From NCBI GenBank assembly GCA_025603075.1, contig MU626269.1, positions 1-64,000 of the forward strand: a stretch of 64,000 bases of DNA, in the 5' to 3' direction. The position numbers were made by a program, and so were the translations under genes. Below the pieces are notes generated by a model. That model was not told the origin of the DNA. It searched no databases and saw only the letters and a program-made list of their open reading frames with translations. The DNA comes from Neoconidiobolus thromboides FSU 785. Taxonomy: Eukaryota > Fungi > Entomophthoromycota. The stretch's first letter is position 1. Each line of letters starts with the position of its first letter. Shown piece by piece: positions 42,613 to 56,264 of the stretch.

Positions 42613-44424
42613 ATGACTACTGGTAAATCAACAATCAATAACGAATATTAATAAAACTAATAAAAAATAACGCAGATATCAAAACCCCATTGATACCTAT
42701 TGAATTGAAAGGTAAGTTTTATAATATTTTATTTTACTTTTTAGTGGCTATATAATTAATATTTTTAGATAAAGTATACAACTTATTTTTCAAGTTAGAG
42801 TATCTTAATAAAACTGGCAATTTTAATGATCGTATAGCTAAACACATCGCAAATGGTAAAATTACCCTAATTAAATAACAATGATATTAGCTAAGTTGAT
42901 AACAGATATGAAATGCAATGGTTCATTAAATAATAAAATCCATTTACTAATACCAAACTATGGTAGCTTAGGTAAATTAAAAATAATCAATATTTATTAA
43001 AGTATATTCAAATCTTTAATATAGCTTTAAGTTTAACCAGTTTATTGTTAAATACTGGTATTAAGATTAGTAGCATTATCAATTATAGAACACCAAGTCA
43101 TATAGTGAATTTACTAAATTTAATGAAAGTGGATTTAATTACTTGCAATAATGAAACTGAAGTATCAACTGTGATGAATAAAGTAAGATTGGAATGTAAA
43201 GAGAATAAAGAAGAATTAATTACTGTTGATAAGGTAAATTATTGAATTTGTAGATGTTTTATTGAAATTAATAGTTTATTATCATAGACAACTTTTGAGT
43301 TTGGATTAAAAAATGGAATTAAAGAGTTAATAAATGAAATACTAATTCAATGTCCCAAGTTGACACATTTAGTTTTATCGGAAGACTTTTATGGTAAGTG
43401 AATTTATTGCTTTTTTCTTTGTAAGTTTTTAACTTGTTGTTAGATATCAAAAAAACATTAGTAAATTATTTGGAAGAGATTAAAGTGAATTTTAAAGTAG
43501 GTTTTATTTTTATTAGTTAAATTCAATTGATTTGTTTTCTTATTAGGTAATTGTGGTAAATACAAATATTATATTGGATGATGATTTAGTAAGAGAAATA
43601 TTAATATCTAATTAGTCGAATAGTAATTTATAAAATTAGGACATAAAAAACTCTAAAAAAATCCAAATTGTTAAAACTGAAGACAAAAAAGCACATTTTT
43701 ATTTTAAAAAGTTAATTCAAGAATATGGTATATTAGCAGGTAATATATGTTTAAAAAGCCAATCGTAATGTGACAAATGATTATAGGTCCAACATCGGGA
43801 GCTGTATTAAGTGCTATATTAAACTCAAATATTGAAACCAATAGCAATGTAATTGGGATATTAAATGATTCATATAAGGATTATTTAGAAATTTTATTAA
43901 ATGAAGAAGATATTGTTGAAGATACAACGATTATTAATCCAAGTTATGGAACTTATAATGAGGTAATTTAATATCAATGATTCTATAGTAATGTAAATCA
44001 ACTTAACAATAATTACAATATAACTATCTAGGCTTGTGTAGAAGATTTGCAATTGCCAGCAGCTGTGACTATACCTAAAACTACCGATTTAGAAACTGCT
44101 TTAAATATCATGGAGGAAAGAGATTATTCCCAATTACCAATAGTTAATGAACATCGTAAATTAATTGGTTATATAACTAAACAACAGATTATGAATAGCA
44201 ATAATAAAAAAGAAGACAAAGTTCTAGGTCCAATGTATCATTTTAATAAAAACCAACAATATATTATAATTACACCAGATACTTTATTAAAAGAATTGAA
44301 TGATTTTTTTGAACATCATGAAGTCGCATTTGTCACTGATAGAAATCGTAAATTTTGTTTGGGTGTTGTAACAAAAAATGATTTAACTAATTTTTATAAA
44401 AAAAAGAATCAGTTTTATATTTAA
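42613..44424 (+). CDS. Cystathionine beta-synthase-like protein (PALP fold plus tandem CBS domains), predicted catalytically dead, many exons
   Basis: KTPLI, KLEYLNKTGNFNDRIA (vs KCEFFNxGGSVKDRI), LIPNYGSLG (vs IEPTSGNTG), GPTSGAVLSA and ILNDSYKDYL. The CBS pair is DYSQLPIV...ITPDTLL...LGVVTKNDL. Confidence 0.8.
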
Positions 44425-44523
44425 TAAAACAATTATATTATATAAAACAATACTAGCTTATTATTATCTACTTTTTAATTTTATTTGATTATATTTTTTA
44501 TAAATAATGAAAAAAATGGTAAT

Positions 44524-45833
44524 TTATTCTGACTCAGAATCAGAATCATATTGATTACCTAATAAACTAATATTAGTAGTATCCGCCTTACTTTTTTTGC
44601 TTTGATTCTCTTCTTGATTATTAGCTATACTAGAGGTACGAGTGTAAGCTTTAGTATATTTCATTTGTTGAGAAATTTGACTTAATGATTGAAGAACATC
44701 TGATCTAATAAGTGAACTTTTATTTTGAGTCTCAATTTCTTGTTGATTAGTCTGATTTTCAATTAAGCCTTGGTGATCTTTTTTATTTTCTTCCTCTTCT
44801 CCTTGTTCTTCATTATAATTTAATATAGGATTGGTAAACTCTTCTGGTAGATGTTCTTTTAATGCATTGTAAACATCTTCTTCTGCCCTTTGTCTCACTT
44901 CTTCTTTAACTCCTTCATTTGGATCTTCAGTGGCCCATCTATTATTATGAGTTATTATTTTTAAATTTTTGTCAATTCATTTTTACCTAACGTTAAGTAT
45001 CTACAGAAGGCAATTAAAATTAGTCCTTAGTTCTCAGTAAATTTAATAACAATTACCTCACTTCTTTCCAAAGACTGATTAGACATTGCTTCTTTTGCAA
45101 ACTCAGCATAAATCCTTCTAGAATATTGAACAAAAGCTACACATTTACCATGTAATATATTAACTATAGAATTTTAATATCCAAAATTCAAAATATCTTT
45201 TAAAAAATTACTACTTACTCTTAACAATTTCCCCAAAGGGACTAAAAGCTTCCCTAATAACGCCTTCCATATCGTCATAGGGAGCAATTCTACCTACATA
45301 CAACGTTTTATTTTCTCTAGAAAAAGCACCTACACCACCTAAATCTCCTTTAAATTCCCCATGTCTTTCTCGTCCAAAGATATCTACTGGCATCTCTTCT
45401 TTATCTTCTAAACATGGTATACGATGCTTAAATCGGCATTCTTTACCATAAGGGCAACCCCCTCTTGCAAAAAACATACAAAAATAAGTGCCTGGATCTT
45501 TTTCCCCTTTTGTCCACCCAATATCTTTACGTGGATTGAGTTTATAAGGTGCTTTTTCTCTGTTAACATTAGTTGAAGTAATTATATCAATATTTTACTA
45601 ACTACTTACCCTACCCCAACTCGAAAGCCTGTCCAGCGATTGTACCAGATATTATAACTGGTGGCTCCATCAATTTGGCCTTTTAAAGCACCAAGGTCAT
45701 GCAGTACTTCTTCACCTACCTGATTATAAAAGATTAGCATTTATTTTGATTTCTGTTTCTAGTGATGTTATATTACCTGTTTACGGGCAGGTCTTTTTAA
45801 TTGCTCTTCTATTGTTTTTGGATGTTCAAACAT
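44524..45833 (-). CDS. CWC2: Pre-mRNA splicing factor Cwc2, multi-exon
   Basis: KRPARKQ, YNIWYNRWTG, CCCH finger FCMFFARGGCPYGKECRFKHRIP, DIFGRERH, RRM KTLYVGRI. Confidence 0.94.
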
Positions 45834-47456
45834 TTTGTTTTGAATACTTTTGACAAAAATTGATAGCTTTTAAGTTTACTAGCTTGAATTTTAGGTTTTA
45901 GTGCTTAAAAGTTAAACCAATTAAAACTTACTATTTAGTACTTAATTCAAAGGCAAGAAATGTAAAAAAAATGATCAGATAGAAATCAAACATATTCTAA
46001 AAGTTAACACTTAACTTCACTAGTATAATTAATTAGACTATACAAAAATTTCAATTTGAAATATGCTGTGAAATAACAAATTAAGTTAAGTTTGCAAACC
46101 CAAAAATCTGATATGAACGTTCTTAACTGTTATTAAATAGCTAATTACTACGCTTAGGATACCTTTACTTCTGGAGATCCTGAACCAATGTACTATCTAA
46201 ACGATACAATTAGTTAGAAAAGTCCTTAGATAAAAACATTTCCTGGTATAGTGAACGTAACCATATCAGTTGGTTAGTATCTGATGATATTGAATGCGTC
46301 ATTTACTCATACTTTGGTTTATTGCTTATAATTCTATTTCATTACAATTATAAAAACTTAAAGCACTATTATTAAAAGTGGGATTATTTAATTAAATTAT
46401 CGTTTGAGTTTATAAGTATTTTATAGTTACTTTTTATTGATCATTTTAGTTGTAAAAGTAGATGGTATATAGCTATCTTACATTATCTATACATCTATAA
46501 ATTTAAAGTTTACAAGAAGAATTCTTATAAAAAAGCTTATATTAAAAGTCATAAAACTGATTAAATCTTTAAAATAGACTAAAGCTTAATAGAAACTATA
46601 CCAATACGACAGCATAATTATTTTATTTGCTTTTCATTGTCAAATGTATATTATTTGATATTAAATAGTTCAGTAAGGGGCAGAGGCTAACTGGTCTATT
46701 TTGATGTATTAAAAATCAGGCCCTAGCTCTAACTTTAACCTTGACCATAATGCTCTGCCGCGACTTTAGCTTTAGCTCTAATCACTCTAACTCTAGCCAT
46801 TGTCATATATATGTTATTTTATCACCTATCCTCAAATTAATCAGCTTCTGTCCCTCTCTAAATCACCTATTGCTGTTTTATTTTATTTTTATATGGAATT
46901 ATACTTACTACCCTCAATTTAAATGGAGCCTACCTTTTTAAAATGTAAAACCTTCCATAACAGAGCCATATAAATATTGCTTTAATAACTATATAGTTTC
47001 ATTCATTTTAAGAGGTTATAAATCAAAAATATATAGACTTTGTTTCAATTTAAACAGTGATAATAATATTATAGTTGGCTTTTAATCTTTTATTAACTTT
47101 AACTAATAAAAATAAGGGAAAACGTTTTAACTATTGTGTAGAAAAATGAAAAATATAAACTAGAAAGAATAAACACTGTCTAAAAATCTGAAATTATTTT
47201 TTAGGCCAGCTAATAAAAATTCCAAATTCAACTAAGGATTACTGTATATGTACAGTTCGACACTAGGAAAAAGATACTAACAAGCCTTATTTGAATTTAT
47301 TATTTTAAAATAAAATTTTGAAAGAGAAATATTTTTTGTTTTTATTTTTGATGCTTTTTAAATCCTTTTTATTATAAAGATTAGATCGTTGGAAAAACCA
47401 TCAAGTATTTTGTTTGTTATAAATCAATAGCTAGTATTAGAAAAAGGTACTGGTAG

Positions 47457-47563
47457 ATATGGGGGATATTTTTTTAACTTCATCACTTTTTCCATCTTTT
47501 AAGCGTTATTTAAGCAGAAAAATTCTTAGTAAAATTCTTAAACATAAAAATACATCCCTATAT
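47457..47563 (-). mobile_element. ATAT-MITE copy 17
   Basis: ATAT on both flanks. Confidence 0.92.
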
Positions 47564-47890
47564 ATTAAAATAAATTCCAATAAAACGACATCCGAACAAT
47601 TAGGATGAATTTTGTAAGTTTTTGAAAAATTGTAACTTATAGCCATTTTAATATCTGTGAAATTATATCTATTATAAATTTGCTCATTTTGTACTTTAAT
47701 TGCGCCGAATAAACATTATAATATATGAAACCTGTTATTATATTGAATCTGTCATAGATTAAAATGAATATTGTCAGAAAGTCTATTTATTTTGATTAAT
47801 AAACCTTTTCAGTTTTTTATTTTTAGTTAGGTAATCTTTAAATTCACCCTATTAAAAGTCTGTTTTATTTTATAGGCTCAATTTAATAAC

Positions 47891-47995
47891 ATATGCCAAT
47901 GTATTTTGTATTAACAATTTTACTAACAATTTTTCTACTCAAATAGGGCTTAAAAAATGGAAAAAGTAATGAAACCAAAAAAAACGTCCTTATAT
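47891..47995 (+). mobile_element. ATAT-MITE copy 18
   Basis: ATAT on both flanks; left TIR eroded. Confidence 0.85.
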
Positions 47996-48614
47996 ATTGC
48001 TATAGATTATTAATTTAAAAATACTGTGATTTAAAATCCTACTGTAACTGAGTACGAAATAGTGGGTATACTTAACCTTTAAACTGATGTAACTAATATT
48101 TTATAAAAATACTGACAGTTAATTAAATATTTAAATTCACTTTTATAAATTCGATTTATCAGCACTACTTTTTTATGGAATATGAGCTGTACCGATTAAA
48201 AGGGTTAAATGAGCCTATTATTTCGCACTCAGTTATAAAGCTTATTATCACACTTTATTTACTAATATAGTGATCCGTTTCGTTTACTGAAGGCTTTAAG
48301 TCTACATTTATTATATTAAATCCAAAAGTAGGTGGAATAAGGTTGGCTAATACTAATTATACATACGTTGAGTTATAATTTACAAATGGTTTTTTCTAAT
48401 AAAACTTATTTAGATAAGGACTATATAATTATTTTAGACTAAGTTGAAGTAAGGATTCAATATGAAATTACACTTTATAAGCTAAAAAAAGTAATATGAA
48501 CAAACACTATTCATTAAATATCAAACAACAATTTCTTTAAATAAAACTCTTGACTTGCTATAAAAAAACACACTTAAACAAATTATTATTTCTATTTTAT
48601 TTATTAAATTCTAT

Positions 48615-50422
48615 TTAAATACTTCTTTTATAGCCCTTTCTTTTAACTAATAAGCTTTTGGCTTTATCCACTGTAGCCAAAGACTCTTGAATTTCTTTAG
48701 GAAGCTTACTAAAATTAGGTATTTCTTGTCCTAATCCTTTAATCATATTTTTAACTTGAGAGTGGGCGTTTTTTCTACTGATGTATAACAAACTACATAA
48801 TGATAAGTCTATATAAAAATGGTATTAGAGAAATTGAAATCAAACTGCATTTAATAACTTACAATAAGTAAAGTTCGAATTATAAAACTGTTTAATAATT
48901 GATGGCTTAATCTTTGAACACAGCATATTCAACTTATGTAAGTTATCTGAAGCTGGCTTTGGAATCTCATGGTCCAAATCCAATATATCTAATTTCAGTC
49001 CATTCTTTCCTAATCTTTTAACAAGGTTCTTTTCCATTTCGGTCAATACTAAAATACTAGTACCTTTTTTACCTGCACGCGCTGTCCTACCAATACGATG
49101 CTTATAGGCATCGATAGAAGCTGGGCTTCCCCATTGAATTACCAAGTCAACATCAGAATAATCCATCCCTCTAGCAGATATATCGGTAGTTATCAATACT
49201 GCTTTTTTATCATGTTGAAACTTTTCTGCTATTAACAAACGCTCTTTTTGGTCTAATTGGCCATGCATCTCATATATTTTTATACCCATTTCTTTATATA
49301 AACCACTTATGATTTGGACTGAGATAACCGTTGGCAAAAATAAAATAATCTTCTTAAACCTTGGCTGTGATAAAATACCATAGATTAAATGTGGGTGGAA
49401 ATTATGGCTTGATATGATATATTTTTGATCTAATTTATCAATATGAGTTGATACTTCTTCTTTTTTTGGTGTTACGTCAATCTTCAGTACCTCTTGTTTT
49501 TCATTAAATATTTTCTTCATCAAATTATCATCTAGTTGTTCAGGCATCGTAGCACTAAACATCATTGTTTTTCTATCCTTAGGTAAATTTTTAAAAATGG
49601 TTAGTATATTAGTTAAAAATCCACGGTTAATCAGTTCATCTGCTTCATCTAGAACAATCTAAAAACATAAATTATAATTTAACAAAAAGCATTTATAAAT
49701 AATCTTCTCACCAATTTTAACTGCTGTAACTGCGTCCTAAATACCCTAGAACTAGAAATAATATCTACAATTCTACCTGGTGTAGCTACTATAATGTCCA
49801 CTCGTTTATTACTCACCCGACTTAAGTCCCCTACTCTTGACGTACCACCAATAAAAGATAATAAATGAAATGGTAGTCCTTTCAATAATTTTTTGGCATT
49901 TTGAGAGATCTGTAATACTAACTCGCGGGTAGGTACCAAGATTAATACAGATACTTGCTTTCCTTTGCTTGTCTCTTCAGGACTCAATGTACGTAACATT
50001 GTTTCTATACTTGGTATAAGATAAGCTAATGTCTTTCCAGAACCTGTATGAGATTTGATAATTGCATCTCCTTGGATGGGCCATCTACTTAAGAGCTGAT
50101 CTTGTACTTTGGTGGCGACCTTGAGTTTAAAGTGTTTATTAAGGTTCATTTTTACAATCTCAGGGATCACTTTGAAGGAATCCAGTTTGACATCTGAAAA
50201 TATACTATCCTCCATTATTTCATCTAGTTTTCCTTGATCAATTTCACTCCGTTTAGGCTCATTGTGTTCAAGTTTACTGTATTCTGTTGATATTTTATTT
50301 ACATGTTTTAATGACGATATTGTATTAAAGTAGCTGCTTCTATTTATATTGGTACTATTGAAAGTACGTATCGCTGGTTTTGATAATGTCAAAGTTTTTA
50401 ATTGAAGCCATTTCAAGATCAT
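48615..50422 (-). CDS. MSS116: DEAD-box RNA helicase, Mss116-like (mitochondrial), 3 exons
   Basis: HTGSGKT, PTRELV, ATPGR, LDEAD, FSAT, TDISARGMD and HRIGRTARAG, with a presequence-like N-terminus. Confidence 0.8.
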
Positions 50423-50475
50423 TTTTTAAACAAACCAAATTTTTTTTAAATTTATTTTTCTTTTCGAATTTTAAA

Positions 50476-51960
50476 ATGGAAACTGATACTAAAAAACCAA
50501 AATTGAATGGCAATATAGAATCAAATATAATAAATCAACATTTCGACACAAACTCAGATTTTTTTAAAAAATATAGTCATTGTTATCAAAACAATGTGTC
50601 TATAGATATCGAATTAGACCATACCAACACTTTACAATCACATAACAAAGTGGTCACTACCCCATTTTTAGCCGGCAGTATAGGCAACGTATTCAACCCT
50701 AAGTTCTTAAAAAAAGTACGTAAAGAAATTGAGCAGAAACAGAAATATGATAAACGATACAATGATTTATATGAATTCTATCAGTCTAAAGACCTTAAGA
50801 GTACTCCTTTAAAAAATTTGAAACAATTAAGGGATAGTATATATGGTTCTACTTTCCTTGATTTTTTTTCGAAATTAACTGGTATAAAGTTAACAAGCAA
50901 ACTAGACGTTTCAGTTTCTAAATACATTTATGGAAATCATTTGTTATGTCATGATGATGATATCAAATCTGAAAAAGAGGGTAGACGTATAGCGTTTATT
51001 ATTTATTTAGTGGATGAAGACTGGGATGAGAAAGATGGTGGAGCGTTAGAGTTGTTTAGTAGGTAAATATTCAATATAATGCTTTTATTCAATTTCTATA
51101 AATAATTTAAATTATGTTAACTTAGAGATCAATATGGGCAGCCAATATTTAATAATACTATAAAATTAACACCTAAGTGGAATCAGTTAGTATTTTTTGA
51201 GATTGGAAACTATTCATATCATCAAGTATCAGAAGTGTTAGCCAAAACAAAAGATCGTTTATCTATTGTTGGTTGGTTTCATGGACCTTTAGATAATTTA
51301 AAAAAACCATTAGTTAATTATGAATTTACAAAAACAATAGAATATAAATTACAATTATCTGATTTCATTAATAAAGATTATTTAAACAAAGAAAATATTC
51401 AGAAAATAAATCTTCAATTCAACAAAGATGCTACTATTGAATTAAGACAATTTTTATTACCAGAGGTATATCAAACATCATGTGAAGAATTGAATCAAAT
51501 TATTTGGCATCCCATTTTAGGCCCAGCCCATATAAGAAAATATAGAAAAGCAGTGGAAATGTCTAAAACTTTAAGTCTATTAAAAGAATTGTTTCAATCC
51601 GATCAATTCTTACAGTTATTAAATGAACTCTTGAACCAAAACTTAATGCAATACTATGGTGAATTACGTCAATTTTGTGGCGGAGATTATACCCTGCTAC
51701 ATGACCATGCTTTAGAACCAGAGGGCATTGATCTTATCTTCCCGTTAATAAAAGATTTGAGTCAGGTTTGGAAATCCGATTATGGCGGTAACTTATCCTA
51801 TGTTTTAGATGGAAATGAATTATTTTCTCATTTGCCTTCCAATAATTGCTTGACATTGATTAAGAGAGAAAAGGATACTTATCGCTTTCTTAAATATTTG
51901 AAATTATTTTGTCCGTTTGTTAGAACTGAGTTTGCTTTTACTTACCAACCTGAAAAATAA
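50476..51960 (+). CDS. TPA1: Prolyl 3,4-dihydroxylase Tpa1/OGFOD1, 2 exons
   Basis: DLYEFYQSKDL, LLCHDD (HxD), RRIAFIIYLV..WDEKDGGALELF, HQV, RLSIVGWFHGP, and a second degenerate 2OG domain. Confidence 0.92.
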
Positions 51961-52235
51961 AATAGAGTTTATATCATATTTTGAATTTATTTTAACATTT
52001 GATGAAAGTTTACTAAAAAGCCACAAAACACTAGATAAAAGTATCGCCCTTTGTATTCGTATGCTAAAAAATATACCAGAGATATTACAATACCTAAATT
52101 AGTACTTGTTCAGTATATTAGATTCACTTTAAATAAAGTAGCACAAAATTCCGAATTTAATAAATACCCTAAACAATCGCGAAAAATCAAACATCCTTAC
52201 AAAACAGCATACAAATTAAAAATTAAAAATCCCTT

Positions 52236-52896
52236 TTATTCACTAGAAGCACCTTCATCATCCGAATCTTCTTCCTGTGCCTCAACCTCAGCAGCCTTAA
52301 AGGAATGTTAATAAATCAAACATCAAAAGTTAAAGGATAAATCACTTACGAATTTCCTAGCTGTAGAAGCTTCCAACAATAGCTTTTTAATGGGTGCCGC
52401 ATCTTCTTTATAATTAGGTAAAAGCTCCTTTGGGATCATCCCTTCCTTATTAGTAATATTAGGGTCAGCTCCTGCCTTCAATAAACTATCCACTATGTAT
52501 TCTGTATATTTAATGTCTTCAAGATCCAAACAAGCTACATGCAATGCTGTATTTTTATTCATACGATCAACTTGATCTACATCAAAATTATCTAGTGTCA
52601 AGAGCTTTTCAAGTACTTCGGTGGAGCTTTGTTGGATGCTTTTTTTATTAAATAATTTATTTTTTAACTTTTTTAGGTTATATAAATTAGAAATTACCAT
52701 ATATGAATGCCAGGATTACCCATAGCGTCGGTACAGTTAACATCTAAAGTGGATTCGTTTAAAACTTCTGATAACAGATCTAAAGAGTCCGTTCTACAAG
52801 CAGAGATGAAACGTTCGTCTAAGAATTTTTATTATTATTAGTTATTGACAGTATTATTAAAAATCTGAACTTACTGGCTGTTGCTCCTTCCGACAT
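52236..52896 (-). CDS. Small ankyrin-repeat protein with acidic tail (YCR051W-like), multi-exon
   Basis: NERFISACRTD, VNCTDAMGN, NTALHVAC, LLKAGADPNITNKEG, and tail EEDSDDEGASSE*. Confidence 0.82.
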
Positions 52897-53354
52897 GTAT
52901 CTAAAAATTTTATATAAAAAGGCTACGTTAATAGGGGTTGTTTTATGAAGCTTTTGAAAGTGTAAATTCAATGATTTGTTCTAATGGTAATAAGCCACCT
53001 AAGCTAGCTGTTAAATGGAGATGGGTTAAAATTCGAAGTTGGATTAGCCCAAAATATTTATACCTTTTTGAGTTGCTAGTTTCACTTCTGATATTTAGAT
53101 TCAGCTATCCTAAGCAATAAATAAGCTTTTTGATGATAGAGTCTGGTATTTAAGTTGTTTTTTATCTTCAATTTACTTCATTATTAATGGTCTAAGTTAT
53201 AAACCATAGTTCAAGCACTTTATTCCCAATAAAAATCATACTAGTGAATTTCAATTCTCGCGATGAAAAACTTAGCATTATCCCCCAAGGTTTTCAAAAC
53301 ATACAAAAAACTTCGATTTTGAAAAAGTGAATTTTTAGTTAAAAAATAATCAAA

Positions 53355-53793
53355 ATGGCAGGTTACAAATTAGAAATTTTTAAAGTAAAGAATAAAAAAA
53401 TATGAAAATGGGATTACTAACCACCTTATTATAATTAAATAATAAATCAGTATGGTTTCTATGTCTTTTTCCCAATTTCAATGATGCTCTATCTCGGTGA
53501 TCCATCATTTATTGAAAATCATGTTGTTGGAGTAACTTTTATAAATCTATATGTAAAATCAAACGCCTAATACTTATTCTACTACAGGAAAAATTCTATC
53601 CACGTTTACAGGATTGTAATGTAAGTTTTAATTAATATAGGCATAATCAAAATATTTATTGTATTTTTAAAAATTAAAGCGCCCTGGAAAGACTAAAGAA
53701 GAAGTTGAAGAACAGTTAAAAGAAGCTAGAGAGAGATTCCGAAGATACAAAACAAATAAGAATAACGAGAGTTCAGGTAGTGATGCTCTTTAA
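53355..53793 (+). CDS. PET100: Cytochrome c oxidase assembly factor Pet100, 4 exons (missed by the ORF track)
   Basis: Spliced MAGYKLEIFK/YGFYVFFPISMMLYLGDPSFIENHVVG/EKFYPRLQDCN/RPGKTKEEVEEQLKEARER fits the Pet100 pattern LEvFKfg.YifFPI. Confidence 0.82.
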
Positions 53794-53908
53794 TATTAAT
53801 ATTTCTTGAAATAAAATGATAGATAGTTAGCTTTAAGTTGGATTGTTTTTTGTTTTTTAAATTTATAATAATAAAATTTAGTAACGAAATTTATTTAACA
53901 TTTTAATC

Positions 53909-54254
53909 TTAATTCAACTTTGTCAAAACCTCTTTTAATCTTTTAATCATTGCTGCTTCATCTACTCGGTGCATTTGTAAAAGCTCTTCTTTAATTTGAT
54001 TATCATTTAATCTTTCTTTGACCAAAGTTATCACCGGTACATCAAAACAATATTTTTGGTAAACTTCATTCCCTTTTTTATTGATATCTACTTCTTCTAA
54101 ATCAAAAGGAACCTTTTAAAAATAATAAATACTGAGCTATAAGTATAAATATATATGTTACTTCTTTTCCAACGTTATCCAAAGCGAGTTTAGCCGTATG
54201 GCACAACGAACAGGTCTGATTTATAAATATCCTAAGTGCTAGTTTTTTACTCAT
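53909..54254 (-). CDS. Glutaredoxin-like protein (DUF836/C5orf63-like), 2 exons (missed by the ORF track)
   Basis: MSKKLALRIFINQTCSLCHTAK (CxxC), VPFDLEEVDI, KYCFDVPV, MHRVDE. Confidence 0.82.
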
Positions 54255-54376
54255 TGTGTTTATTTTCAGTTTCTACAAAAATAAAAAAATAAAACCAATC
54301 AATATGCTCATTTAAATTTGGTCATAACTTAAAAAAGAACTCTGTGATCGCAAAATCAATTTTAATTTTTTCAAGA

Positions 54377-55625
54377 ATGAGTGACAATAATGAAAACATC
54401 TATTTAAACGACCAAGAAAAAGAAGAATCACCACAGGATAATCAATTGTTGGCTCAGATCATAATGTCGGCAGCTAGCAAAATTCCGTTGAATTATAACT
54501 CAGAAACGGAGGGCAGTCCAAAAAACAGAGAAAATTTAGAAATTGGAACTGAGACAAAGTTTAGGAATGAGCAAGAAATAGGAGACTATGATGAAAATTA
54601 TGATGAAGAGGAAGATCAGAATTATAACGAAAACTATAAGAAAGAGGGGGGATATGAAAGAGAGTATAATTCAGAGGTAGGAGAAGAAAATATAGGAGGA
54701 AATGTAGACAATGAAGAAGGAAATAAACAAGCATATGAAAGAGAAGATACTCAAGAGTATGAAGAAAAGGAAGGAGCCAGTTACATTGAAAAAAATGATA
54801 AAGAATATGAAAAAGATTCGGGAGATTTTATAAAAGAAAGTTCCGAACAATCTGAAGAAGTAGTAACAAAAGTAAAGAAAACCGAACGTATAGCAAAGGC
54901 TGATAAAGGATCTGAAAGGGAAGGTACAGAAGATATTGAAGAAGAAGACGAAGTCGAAAGGAAGAAGAGGAAGATGGAGCTGGATGAAGTACAGGAAGGA
55001 ATGATCGATGAAGAAGAAGAAGATGACGAGGATTTGGGAGTATCTTATATCGACACAGAACAATCAAGTAAAGTAAGGAATTCAGGAAGAAGTAATGCAG
55101 AGTTAAGGTAGGTTTTTTCACTATTTCTTCAAAATGAAATTAAAGATTTGTTTAAAGGGCTTTGATTGAAGCTTTTGATCCAGAACAGTTAAAAAGATAT
55201 GAAGTTTTTAGAAGAGCAGCGTTAAATAAAGGCACAGTTAAAAAGGTAAATAATTGGATTATAGTGAGCTTATAAGGTTTTAACTTAAACTAGGTAGTTA
55301 GTAGCATGATCAACCAACCATTTGCTCAAAACCTTAGTATGGTAGTTGCTGGTTTTTCAAAAGTATTTATAGGAGAAATCGTTGAATTAGGTAACTATTT
55401 TAAAATCAATTTGTTTTAATAGTATTGATTGTTTTAGCGTTAGAAGTTCAAAAAGAATGGGATCAGAATGAGATTGTGACTAATGCATTACAAGGTAAAC
55501 CATTTAATATTCCAAGAAAATCACCTTTGCTTCCAGAACATTTAAGAGAAGCTTACCGTAGATATCTATTAAACCATAGGATTAGTAATAGCTTTTATAA
55601 GAAACCAAAGATATTAAAGAGATAA
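54377..55625 (+). CDS. TAF11: TFIID subunit Taf11 with long acidic N-terminal extension, multi-exon
   Basis: [52 protein letters not shown]. Confidence 0.92.
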
Positions 55626-56157
55626 AACATATTTATCTTCAAAAAAGACTAAGTCAATAAAATAATCAAATGGCCCCTTTACAATAGCTCATGTTGGGAC
55701 AACTCAATTCATTAATTGAATAATATCAACCCTCGATTTTCAAAAGCACAAAGTAGTAATAAAGCAAACAGGATTATATATCTTTTTGAAAAACAATTTT
55801 TTAATTTCGTATTGCTATTGTATTGAAAGTAAACTTGAAAATAAAACTTATACATATTTTCACCTCGTTTATTTATTATTAATTTATAACTTTTACAGTA
55901 TAAAAAATCTTCTTTTTTTAGTGTTTGGAGATGCAAGGCTATGTCAAAAAGTTTATAGAAAAATGAGACTTTTTTTAAATAAATTGTATAGAATGTTATC
56001 TACACCTATCCCATATTTAAAACAAATTAAGCTATTATTTTTTGAGGTATGAAGAAAACAAAGTTAGGTTTTAGAGGCGCTCTAGGGTAAAGGTACAATG
56101 AAGTGTTATTAAGTGATAAGGATCTCAATCTGCATTATTTTTCAAAATAACTTCATT

Positions 56158-56264
56158 ATATGGGGATATGTTTTTGTATTTAAGAGTTTTACTAACAATT
56201 TTTCCACTTAAATAGCGCTCAAAAGATCGAAAAAGTGATGAAACCAAAAAAAATATCCTCATAT
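56158..56264 (+). mobile_element. ATAT-MITE copy 19
   Basis: ATAT on both flanks. Confidence 0.92.

Noticed and set aside
46232-46270. U17/snR30-like m1/m2 motifs (ATTTCCTG, TAACCAT)
   Set aside because: Both motifs are imperfect, too close together, and not followed by an ACA box at the expected distance.
46720-46800. Hexamer-periodic CTCTAA/CTTTAG stretch resembling interstitial telomere repeat (similar patch near 31150-31180)
   Set aside because: Only a few degenerate units and no perfect TTAGGG run; more likely low-complexity decay.
54671-55121. Minus-strand ORFs of 130 aa and 97 aa
   Set aside because: They are antisense shadows of the purine-rich acidic TAF11 exon and are Phe/Leu-rich with no domain.
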